DNA of 63,334 bases, the filler included, from an uncultured Gemmatimonadota bacterium (GTDB taxonomy: Bacteria > GCA-2686955): the NCBI GenBank assembly GCA_964490075.1. It is 3 parts of 3 records of this genome, joined end to end, with 100 filler letters (N's around TTAATTAATTAA, not from the genome) between each part and the next. Parts side by side here need not be neighbours in the genome. Positions count along the whole stretch, not along the records: positions 1 to 30,937 come from CAZBBK010000071.1; 2 more parts are not named here. The stretch is one strand, 5' to 3'. The position numbers and the translations under genes were made by a program. Below, piece by piece: positions 1 to 8,608 of this stretch (the stretch's first letter is position 1; each line of letters starts with the position of its first letter). The notes under the pieces are model-generated. The model saw nothing but the letters and a program-made list of their open reading frames with translations. It had not been told where the DNA came from and made no database searches.

Positions 1-2
1 AC

Positions 3-1571
3 CTCACCGATCGACCGGATCCACGGCACATCTGGGCGCAAACCCGGGGAGTTGTCTCTTCGCCGACCCTGAGTGGCAAGGCACTGGTGCTGCGCGGCGC
101 CTCGGCGCAGGGGAAGAGCACCACGCCGCCGACGGTGCTGACCCGCGATGAGAAAGAGTCGCTGGTTCGTATCGAAACGCTCTGGGCGGGCCAGGTCGTG
201 CTGGAGAGCCTCACCTTGCTGCGCGGCCACAGCGAATACCATGGCGGAGCGATCTACTGCTCGAACGCCGCGGCACGGCTTCACCGAGTACACGTTCTCG
301 ACGGCAGGGCGTCCCAGGCGGGAGGGGGAATCTATGCGAGCGATGCCGACCTGATCCTGGAAGACGTGGTCATGAAGGGCAATGTGGCCCAGGATTCGTA
401 CGGCGGGTGGCCACGTGGCGGCGCGATCGCGGCGGGGTCGTCTTCGCTGTCGCTGCGCCGCGTGATCTTCGAGCGCAACCACACATCGGGCGGTTTTGGG
501 AGCGGTGAGGGCGGCGCCCTGACTGCCAGTCACTGTGATGTCGTGATCGAGGACGCGGTGTTCAGAGACAACTCCGCGGGCGGAGACTGGGCAAGTGGAG
601 GAGCCATCGAAGTATGGGAAACCGCGCTGCGTATCGAAGGCGCTCTCTTCAGAGGGAACCGGGTTCAGGGCCGCGGAGGTGCGATCTCCGCCTCGATGGG
701 AGGACCGATCGATATCTCGCACTCGGTCTTTCTGGAGAATCGCTCGATCTGCTGTCCTGAGAACGGTTCCGGGGGCGCAGTGAGCGCCGCCTACGCGAGG
801 CTTCGTGTTCGATACTGCTCGTTCGAAGACAACGAGGCACACGGCTACAGCGACGACTACTCTGTGGGAGGTGCGATCAGGGCCCTGAGCGGTCCGATCG
901 AGCTACTCGATTCGGTGTTTCGCGGCAATCAGGCCCATACCCGCGGCGGGGCTGCCAGCCTCGACAGCGACTCCTGGTCGGCGGTGGTCAAGGGCTGCAT
1001 CTTCACCGACAACTCCAGCAGCGGCGACGGCGGTGCGCTCTCTCTGTCCGGCGCCGACGCAACACTGGAAAACATCGTCGCCACCGGCAACTACGCACGC
1101 CGCGGAGGCGGTGTGTACGCGACCCGTGCCGACAGCATTACCATCCGCCAATGCACCCTGGTCGACAACGAGGCATCCCACGCGTCGGGCGCCATCTACG
1201 TCGAGGAGGCCCATGCCGATGTGCGCAACTCGATCGTGTGGGGCAACGAGGGCGGGCGCGTGGGCGGTCCCGGATCGGTCGCCATCCACTGGTCCCTGAT
1301 CGAAGGCGGCTTCCCCGGGATCGGCAACATCGACACCGACCCACTGCTCTACCACCAGAGGCGCGGCCTGCCCGGCATCCCCCACCCCGGCTCCCCTTGC
1401 ATCGACGCCGGCGACCCCGAGCTGGAAGACCAGCTCTCGGACCAGCATCCCCTCTGGCCGCCCGGCCACGCCAACGGCACGCGCTCCGATATGGGCGCTT
1501 ACGGCGGGCCCGAGAACCGGCGCTGGCTGGAGAGTCCCGCGCTGCGGAGGAGGGACGATCAGGGGCGATAG
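3..1571 (+). CDS. Right-handed parallel beta-helix repeat protein (polymorphic-membrane-protein-like GGAI/FxxN repeats), 5' partial
   Basis: Many GGA[IL] and FxxN motifs (GGAIYC, GGAIAA, FERN, FRDN, FRGN); C-terminal SPCIDAGDP...DMGAYGG motif. The frame is open to the window edge, so the true start may lie upstream. Confidence 0.8.
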   Translation, partial: LTDRPDPRHIWAQTRGVVSSPTLSGKALVLRGASAQGKSTTPPTVLTRDEKESLVRIETLWAGQVVLESLTLLRGHSEYHGGAIYCSNAAARLHRVHVLDGRASQAGGGIYASDADLILEDVVMKGNVAQDSYGGWPRGGAIAAGSSSLSLRRVIFERNHTSGGFGSGEGGALTASHCDVVIEDAVFRDNSAGGDWASGGAIEVWETALRIEGALFRGNRVQGRGGAISASMGGPIDISHSVFLENRSICCPENGSGGAVSAAYARLRVRYCSFEDNEAHGYSDDYSVGGAIRALSGPIELLDSVFRGNQAHTRGGAASLDSDSWSAVVKGCIFTDNSSSGDGGALSLSGADATLENIVATGNYARRGGGVYATRADSITIRQCTLVDNEASHASGAIYVEEAHADVRNSIVWGNEGGRVGGPGSVAIHWSLIEGGFPGIGNIDTDPLLYHQRRGLPGIPHPGSPCIDAGDPELEDQLSDQHPLWPPGHANGTRSDMGAYGGPENRRWLESPALRRRDDQGR

Positions 1572-1579
1572 GCGATTGA

Positions 1580-3298
1580 CTACGCCACCCGAAATACGTC
1601 GCGATCCTCCACTCCCACTCTGCGCCGAAACACCAACACCCCCTCCACCAAGAGCCACACCCCCAGCAGCAGCAGAATCGCCCCCACCGCGAAGAGCAAG
1701 GGGTCGGCGGCCGGCCCGGAGCGGAAGCGCGCCAGGTTGCCGACCATCGCCGAGATGGTGCTGATCATCATGAAGATCGCCGGCAGACCGGTGGGCCAGA
1801 TCGGCAGGTTGCGGTGCTTCAGATACAGCGTCGCCAGAGTCAGCGTCAATCCGGCCAGGAGCTGGTTGGTGGTGCCGAAGAGCGCCCAGAGCGCCAGCGC
1901 CGCCGGCTTGCCGCCGACGTCGTAGAAGGCGAAGAAAGCGATCGCGCCACAGGCGAGCGCCGATGAGAGATAACGATTCGACGCGATGCCGATGCCCAGA
2001 GTGGAGCCGATCTCTTCGATGTTGAAGCGCAACAGACGGGTCGCCGAGTCGAGCGTGGTCAGGGCGAACGACACCACCACCATGGCGATCAGCGCCGCCG
2101 ACAGATCGGTCGGCAGTCCCAGACTCGACAGGAAGAGCGTGGTGCCCTGAATGAACGCGTCGATCTTCGATGCCAGCCCCTGCACCGCCGCCCAGCTCCC
2201 ATAATGCTGGTGCCAGATCTCGCTCGACGCAAGGCCCGCGGTGCAGGCGAGTGTCGCCAGCAGACCGAGCAGGCTCTCGCCGATCATCGCGCCGTAGCCG
2301 ATCGGCCGGGCGTGGGTCTCGCGGTCGAGCTGCTTGGCCGTGGTGCCCGAGCTGACCAGCCCGTGGAAACCCGATGCCGCGCCGCAGGCGATCACGATGA
2401 AGACGAAGGGGAAAATGCTCGGCGCGCCCTCGGGATGGGCGACGATCGCCGGCGCCACGAAGGGCGGGTTGCCGACCAGCAGGCCGATGTAGGCGAGACC
2501 GACACCGAGATAGAGCAGCAGCGAGTTCAGGAAGTCGCGCGACTGCAAAAGCGCCCAGACCGGCAGCACCGAAGCGGCGAAGGCGTAGACCAGCAGCACC
2601 AGGATCCAGGTGTCGGCCACCGGCCAGGCCTCCGCCGCGAAGCCGATGGTCGGGAACTTCATCCCCAGCCAGATCGCGAAAAGCTCGATTCCGAATCCGA
2701 CCGCGGCGACCGGAGCCAGCGGCAAGCCGCGGCGATAGAGCAGCACGCCGGCGATCATCGCCACCACCATCAAGATCCCCGAAGGCAGCACCGCCTGCGG
2801 GTAGCCGGCATGCCCCGGCGCCAGCTCCACCGAGAAGAGCTGGGCGATCACGAACACGAAGACCCCCATCGCCAGCGCGATCCCGAAGAAGATGATCAGG
2901 TGGAAGAGGGTGCGGGCGCGCGGGCCGATGACGCGCGCGGCCACCTCACCGACCGACATGCCGCGATTACGGATCGAGATCACCATCGCCGAGAAGTCGT
3001 GCACGCAACCGACGAAGAGCGAGCCCCCGACCACCCACAAAAAGGCCGGCACCCAGCCCCAGATCACCGCCACGGCGGGGCCAAGCATCGGCGCCAGGCC
3101 GGTGATCGACGCGAAGTGATGACCGAACATGACCGGGGCGCGGGTGGGCACGTAGTCGACACCGTCGCTCAGCTCGTGGGCCGGGGTGATGTTGGTGTCG
3201 CTCAACCCGAAGACCCTGAACGCCAGGAACCTGGAGTAGAAGCGGTAGCCGAGGCCGTAGAGGACGAAGGCAAGGATCGCGGCAAGGGCCGGGGTCAT
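1580..3298 (-). CDS. cstA: Carbon starvation protein A family transporter (peptide/pyruvate)
   Basis: TPAH..DGVDYVPT, FGHHFASITG, WGWVPA, GCVHDF, IACGAASGFHGLVSSGTT, GYGAMIGE, TTLDSATRL, LFGTTNQLLA motifs; polytopic hydrophobic protein. Confidence 0.95.
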   Translation of the reverse strand: MTPALAAILAFVLYGLGYRFYSRFLAFRVFGLSDTNITPAHELSDGVDYVPTRAPVMFGHHFASITGLAPMLGPAVAVIWGWVPAFLWVVGGSLFVGCVHDFSAMVISIRNRGMSVGEVAARVIGPRARTLFHLIIFFGIALAMGVFVFVIAQLFSVELAPGHAGYPQAVLPSGILMVVAMIAGVLLYRRGLPLAPVAAVGFGIELFAIWLGMKFPTIGFAAEAWPVADTWILVLLVYAFAASVLPVWALLQSRDFLNSLLLYLGVGLAYIGLLVGNPPFVAPAIVAHPEGAPSIFPFVFIVIACGAASGFHGLVSSGTTAKQLDRETHARPIGYGAMIGESLLGLLATLACTAGLASSEIWHQHYGSWAAVQGLASKIDAFIQGTTLFLSSLGLPTDLSAALIAMVVVSFALTTLDSATRLLRFNIEEIGSTLGIGIASNRYLSSALACGAIAFFAFYDVGGKPAALALWALFGTTNQLLAGLTLTLATLYLKHRNLPIWPTGLPAIFMMISTISAMVGNLARFRSGPAADPLLFAVGAILLLLGVWLLVEGVLVFRRRVGVEDRDVFRVA

Positions 3299-3334
3299 GA
3301 GCGCGCTCCGGAGTGCGGTGGGTGGCGCGCTATC

Positions 3335-4584
3335 CTAGCGCAGGCGATGACGCAGCGATCCGCGGCCGCGGTAGAAGGGCGCCTCGAGCCGCCCCACCAC
3401 CTCCAGCCCCTCCTGCTCCAGCCTCGCCCGGCCGAGCCCACCCACCAGCGCCTCCTCCAGCTCCAGCGTGCTGCCGATCTGCAGCACCGGCCCCGGACCG
3501 GCGCCCGCCAGCGCCGCGCGAACCGCCGCCTCTTCCGTGTCGTGCACCCGCGGCAGCCGCCCCCGCTCCGGCATGCCGCTGGTGCGACCGTTCAGCTCCG
3601 TCGCGGCACGGTCGACCTGGTCGGCCAGAGCCCGCACCGTGTGATCGGCCATGCCGATGCCATGAGCGTTGCCCCGCGTCCCCCGGCTCAGGCGCAGCGC
3701 CAGAATCGCCCCGAACTCCGGCCCGCCGGGGCGCCGCCCCACCGAGCGCCCGATCACGTGCGGATCCATGCCGGTGCCGCTGATCTCCTTGCCGATCCGC
3801 TCCACGACCAGCAGCGCGGCGCGGGGCAGCGGCGGCCGCGGATGGCGCCGGATCGCGCTCGCCAAGAGCCGCCGGTCGCAGCCGAGCAGATCGTCACCCG
3901 CCGCCGCCTCGACCTGCGAGAGCGCGTGGGCCTGATCCTCCACCAGCCCCAGCCCCACCACCGGCGGCGCCGCCGCCAGCAGCCGCGGCAGCGCCCGCTC
4001 CAGCACCGGCAGCAGATCCGCCCTCCCACCACCGCACGCCCGCGCCTCGCCGTGGGCCGCCTCGGCTCCCTCCGTCCCCCCAGCCCGAACACCAGCATCT
4101 TGCCCAGACCGCTCTGCACCGCACCCTCGAAAAGCGTGTGCAGCTTCACCCGGTTGACCAGCACCAGCCCCCCGGCCCCCAGCACCGAGCGCGGCAGAAG
4201 CAGCGCGCCGCCCGCGTCATGACGCGCCACCGGGCGCATCTCGTCCGGCAACACCAGCGGCGCACCGATGCGCTCCTCGGTCACCCCCAGGCGCCGCAGC
4301 TGCGCCACCTGACCGGCCGGCGTGCCGCCGCCGTGGCTGCCCATCGCCGGCACCGCGAAGGGCTCCGCGCCGGCGCCGCGCAGCACCCCCGCCACCTCCG
4401 CCACCACCTCCGCCAGGCGGTCGATGCCGCGGCTCGGCACCGCGATGGCGACCCGATCCCCCGCCCCCGGATCGAGCAAAGCCGCGACCCGCGCGATCTC
4501 CCCGGCCAGCGCCGACTCCGAAACCGGCCGCCGCTCCAGCGCCCGCCGCACTCTGAACAAAGGCTCGAAGCGCTCCACGATCAT
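3335..4584 (-). CDS. LarA (lactate racemase)-domain-like protein, split by a 1-nt frameshift in a G6 run near 4076-4081
   Basis: The N-half has VAIAVPSRGI, PAMGSHGG, VNRVKLHT and SGLGKMLVFGLG. The C-half, in another frame, has IGKEISGTGMDPHVIGR. One extra G joins them. ATG at 4584 overlaps the addA stop (ATGA). Confidence 0.75.
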
Positions 4585-7500
4585 CGGTGACACCTCTCCA
4601 CGAAGCCGCAGCGCAGCGCCAGACAACGCTCCCGCTCGATGCCGGGCCAACGTTGCTCGCCGTTCCAGCGCTCCAGCTCTCCGACCGCCCGCAGCGCCCG
4701 CGCCGGCAGCTCCCGGTCGGGCTCCACCGGATGCAGCACCGGTTCGGCGTCGCCCAGATAGCAAAGCGCGGCACCGACCTCGACCGCTCGCTCCGCTCCC
4801 GCGCTCCCCTCCCGCGCCGCCTCCAGCGCCTCCACCGCCATCACGTAGAGCGTGAGCTGCGTGCGATGCCGGCCGCTTCCCCCCGCCGGCCTCCGCGGCC
4901 GCTTGTAGTCGACCACCACCCAGCGCCCCGACGAGTCCCGGTAGACCAGGTCGATCCGCCCCCGCACCTGGATCGGCGGCCGCCCCTCTCCGCCCGGGAG
5001 CAAGAGCCGAAAGTCGACCTCGCGCTCGATCACGCTCGCCCGCCGCAGCTCATCCGCCGCCGCACCGCGCAACAAGCGGCCCGCCGCCGCCATCGCCCCC
5101 TCCAGCGCCTTCGGATCGGCCCGATCCAGCCCCGCCGCCACCCGCTCGATCTCGCCGTCGGGATCGGCAAAAGCCGCGTCAAAATCCACCCGCTCCAGAA
5201 TCGCGTGACTCAGCTCCCCCTCCCGCCGCGGATCGGCCGCCCCCTCCTCCGCCCGCCGCGCCTCGCCGCCCGCCGGACGCTCCTCCAGCCCCAGCACCCC
5301 GATCAGCCGGTAGCGCCGCGGGCATTCGAGCAGCAGCTCGAGCCCGGTGGTGGTGATCCGCAGCGGCACCGGGGTGTTGCCGGCGCTGTCGTCGAACGAC
5401 GGTTCCGGACCGGGGATGTTCAGAGGCGCTTCCGGTGCCTCGGCGCTCGTGGCGCACGCCGTCTCCAGATCGCGCGTCACCGGACCGACCTCGCGCTCCA
5501 CCACCCGCAGCATCCCCCCCTCGACCAGCGCGTCGCGCATCCCCTCCAGCCGTTCCCGCCAGCTCGCGCGGATCCCCTCGCCCGCCAGCACCAGGTGATC
5601 GCGGGCGCGCGTCAAAGCCACATAGAAGAGCCGCTTCGACTCCTCCTCCTGGCGCGACCTCAGCGCCTCCTTTACGTGGCCCGACCAGCGCGTCTCGACC
5701 GCATCCGAGTCGCGATCGGGCTTCCACTTCATCGCGAAACCCGCGTCATGGTCGAGCATCAGTCTTCCGGCGCCGTGGCGCTCCTGGTGGCCCAGGTCGG
5801 CCAGCACCACGATCGGGAACTGCAGCCCTTTCGACGCGTGCACCGTAAGCACCCGCACCTGGTCGCGCGCCTGACGCTCGACCTCGGCGAGCGGAGTGCG
5901 CGTGGGGCGATCGATGCGCTGCGAGAGCAAGCGCACGAAGCCGGCCGTGTCGCCGCCCCGGGCCTGCTCCGCGTGTGCCAGGTCGACCAGTCGGCGGATG
6001 TTGGCCAGCGCCTGGTCGCCCCCGGGCCGGGCGGCATGGAAGGCCTCGAAGTCGCTCCACTCCAGCGCCGCCTCGAGCGTCGCCGCCGGCCCCAGGCGGT
6101 CCAGGCGGGGACGTAGCCAACGACAGGCGGCGAGGAAATGACGCACCCGCTGCGCGTCATCGTGATCCGTGACCGGCAGCTCCGCGTCCGGCCGCAGCCA
6201 ACGCTCGGGCCGCAGCCGCGGAGCACCCGAAGCGCGAGCGCCGATCGCCAGCTCGATCAGGGTCTGGTCGGCGACCCCGACCAGCGGAGAGCGCAGGCTG
6301 GCCGCGAAGGCCAGCGCGTCGTCGGGATCGAGCGCGAAGCGCAGCCAGCAGATCAGATCGCGGATCTCCGGCGCGTGGTCGAATCCCCTCCCCCGCACCG
6401 GCAGCGCCGGCACGCCGGCCAGGCGCAGCTCGCGCAGCAGCAGCTCCAGGTGACTGAAGGTGCGCAGCAGGATCGCGATGTCGCCAAAGCGCGGCGCGCG
6501 GGTGCTCTCGGTGGCGCCCGGCTCGCCCGAGTCGTGTACCTCGACCCCCTCGTCGCCGGCCACCAGAGAGCGCAGGTATCCGGCCAGAGCCCGCGCCGAC
6601 CGAGCGCGCAGCAGGGCGGTCGGCCCGTCGGCCGGGACCGGCACCACCAGGTCGGCCGTGGGTCGCTCCGGCAGCGCCGCGCCGCGGCGAATCGCGCTCA
6701 GGGCGTCGCGTCGCGGGTCGTAGTGCACCGCGTGGTCGGGCAGCGGCCGGTCGCCGCTCCGAAAGAGCTCGGCCGAGATGCGATTGACCAGCTCGGTCAC
6801 ACCTGGCCGCGAGCGCCACGACGCGGTCAGGGGATGCTCCACGGCCCCCTGATGCAGCGCCTCCCGGGACCGTCGCTCGTAGACCGCGACGTCCGCCCCG
6901 CGGAAGGCGTAGATCGACTGCTTCGGGTCGCCGACGATGAAGGTGCGGCGGCGGCGATCGGCGCGATCGATGATCGCCTCGACCAGCTCGGCCTGCACCC
7001 GGTTGGTGTCCTGAAACTCGTCGACCAGGAGCAGCCGGCAGGCGGCCGCCTCGGAAACGCGCACCGCCGTGCTCTCGGTCAGGAGGTCGCGCGCGATCAA
7101 CATCATGTCGGTGAAGTCGAGCGCCCCGATCTCGCGCTTGCGACGCGTCGCGGCGGCGATGATCCGCCGGCAGGCCTCCTGCAGCGCCGCCACCGCCGGC
7201 ACCAGGTCGAGCTCTGCGCAGGCAGCCTCGAGCGCCTCGGCGCCCTCCTTGACGCGCTGCACCGGTTCGTACAGACGCGCGCGCCGGCTGCCCCAGCGGG
7301 CGCTGCGCACGCGCGCGACCTCGCGCCGGGCGTGCTCCAGCGCCGCGTCATCGGACCACGCGGAGTCGTCCTCCGCCAACCGCCCCATGTCCGCGACGAG
7401 CTCCCTCTTGGTCGCCGTCGCGTCGTCGATGCGGGCACCGAGCGCCCTCAGGGCGCCGCGCAGAGCATCGATCGCGGCGCCCCGCCGGGCGCGCGCGCCG

Positions 7501-8186
7501 GCCGCCTCAAAGCGCCCTCCCGCGGTCAAGAGCTCGGGGCCCTCCCCCTGCTCGCGCAGCTTTCGGATCAGCGCGTTGACCTGAGCCACCAGGTCTCCGT
7601 GACGCGCGTCGCGCCGTCCCCAGCCGAGCTGCGCGACCAGCTCGACCATCCCCGAGTCGAGGCGCTCCAACTCTCCGATCAGCACCTGCTGCGCCGCCGA
7701 ACGCCACAAATCGGTGGCTTGCTCCTCCTCGAGCACCGCCACCGCCGGATCGATCCCGGCCTCGGCGGCGTGCGCGCGCAGCATCGCCAGTGCCCAGCCG
7801 TGGAAGGTAGAGACCCGCATCCGCGGGAGCCGCTCGAGGATCCGCGCCCAATCCTCGGAATCGGGCGCGTCCACCCTCAGCTCCTGCGACGCCGCCCCCA
7901 GCATTACCCGATCGGCGCATGCCTCGCCCACCGCCAGCTCCGCCACCCGCGCCCTGATCCGCTGCCGCATCTCCGCCGCCGCCAGGTCGGTGAAGGTGAG
8001 GGCAGTGATCTCGCGCGGCTCCAACCGTTCGCGCAGCGTCGTGGCGCCGGCCAGGGTGTGCAACACCACCGTGGTCAGCGAGTGGGTCTTGCCGGTCCCG
8101 GCGCCGGCGCGCATCACCACATCGCTGGCCAGCCGGGCGAACTCCGGCGCGCCGCTCAACCTTTGCTCTTCATCACGATCCGGCAC
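4581..8186 (-). CDS. addA: ATP-dependent helicase/nuclease subunit A (UvrD-like SF1A helicase plus PD-(D/E)XK nuclease)
   Basis: Walker A AGAGTGKT, LTFT..AA.EMR.RI, VSTFH, VDEFQDTN, VGDPKQSIYAFRGAD, TVHASKGLQF, YVALTRARD; nuclease GRIDL..VVDYK..QL..Y. Confidence 0.92.
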   Translation of the reverse strand: MPDRDEEQRLSGAPEFARLASDVVMRAGAGTGKTHSLTTVVLHTLAGATTLRERLEPREITALTFTDLAAAEMRQRIRARVAELAVGEACADRVMLGAASQELRVDAPDSEDWARILERLPRMRVSTFHGWALAMLRAHAAEAGIDPAVAVLEEEQATDLWRSAAQQVLIGELERLDSGMVELVAQLGWGRRDARHGDLVAQVNALIRKLREQGEGPELLTAGGRFEAAGARARRGAAIDALRGALRALGARIDDATATKRELVADMGRLAEDDSAWSDDAALEHARREVARVRSARWGSRRARLYEPVQRVKEGAEALEAACAELDLVPAVAALQEACRRIIAAATRRKREIGALDFTDMMLIARDLLTESTAVRVSEAAACRLLLVDEFQDTNRVQAELVEAIIDRADRRRRTFIVGDPKQSIYAFRGADVAVYERRSREALHQGAVEHPLTASWRSRPGVTELVNRISAELFRSGDRPLPDHAVHYDPRRDALSAIRRGAALPERPTADLVVPVPADGPTALLRARSARALAGYLRSLVAGDEGVEVHDSGEPGATESTRAPRFGDIAILLRTFSHLELLLRELRLAGVPALPVRGRGFDHAPEIRDLICWLRFALDPDDALAFAASLRSPLVGVADQTLIELAIGARASGAPRLRPERWLRPDAELPVTDHDDAQRVRHFLAACRWLRPRLDRLGPAATLEAALEWSDFEAFHAARPGGDQALANIRRLVDLAHAEQARGGDTAGFVRLLSQRIDRPTRTPLAEVERQARDQVRVLTVHASKGLQFPIVVLADLGHQERHGAGRLMLDHDAGFAMKWKPDRDSDAVETRWSGHVKEALRSRQEEESKRLFYVALTRARDHLVLAGEGIRASWRERLEGMRDALVEGGMLRVVEREVGPVTRDLETACATSAEAPEAPLNIPGPEPSFDDSAGNTPVPLRITTTGLELLLECPRRYRLIGVLGLEERPAGGEARRAEEGAADPRREGELSHAILERVDFDAAFADPDGEIERVAAGLDRADPKALEGAMAAAGRLLRGAAADELRRASVIEREVDFRLLLPGGEGRPPIQVRGRIDLVYRDSSGRWVVVDYKRPRRPAGGSGRHRTQLTLYVMAVEALEAAREGSAGAERAVEVGAALCYLGDAEPVLHPVEPDRELPARALRAVGELERWNGEQRWPGIERERCLALRCGFVERCHR

Positions 8187-8267
8187 CTAGAAGACCTCGC
8201 GCACCTGCTCCGACTCCAGGCCGGCCCTGTCCTCTGTCTGCTGTCGCCGCGGGACCCAAGCTAGCAA

Positions 8268-8429
8268 GTTCCCATCCACGAATGCAGCCCCGCGTCTGCC
8301 GGGCGGGACGGACCCATCTGCTGCGTTGGCGAAACCTCGAAATAGCCCTGCTATTCCTTCGGCTTCGCCGCCTTGCAGCTGGGCCCGTCGCGCTCCGACA
8401 GCCACAGACCTGCATTCGTGGATGGGAAC
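8268..8429. mobile_element. MITE-like palindromic element with 20-bp perfect terminal inverted repeats and a TAGCAA flanking duplication
   Basis: GTTCCCATCCACGAATGCAG (8268-8287) is the exact reverse complement of 8410-8429. TAGCAA occurs at 8262-8267 and 8430-8435. The interior is also an imperfect palindrome centred on AATAGC-CCT-GCTATT. Confidence 0.75.
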
Positions 8430-8450
8430 TAGCAATCCTACCTCCTCTCC

Positions 8451-8476
8451 GTCATTCCGGCGAAAGCCGGAATCCA
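8451..8476 (+). repeat. REP/dRS3-like palindrome GTCATTCCGGCGAAAGCCGGAATCCA
   Basis: ATTCCGGC-GAAA-GCCGGAAT hairpin; the same 21-nt core occurs inverted at 62657-62677. Confidence 0.8.
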
Positions 8477-8608
8477 CGCCCGCGGATCGGCTCCATCCAC
8501 GGCGACCGGCCCGCTCCAACGAAGCGAGACCAGAAATCCCGGCGATCTCCGCGCTCTCCGCGATTCATTCCCGGCTGGTCGACAAAGGCGACTTGAGTCC
8601 GCGCAGAA

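Noticed and set aside
8187..8519. 110-aa ORF between addB and addA
   Set aside because: Translation of the REP and MITE-like repeats (VDSGFRRND is the REP read-through).
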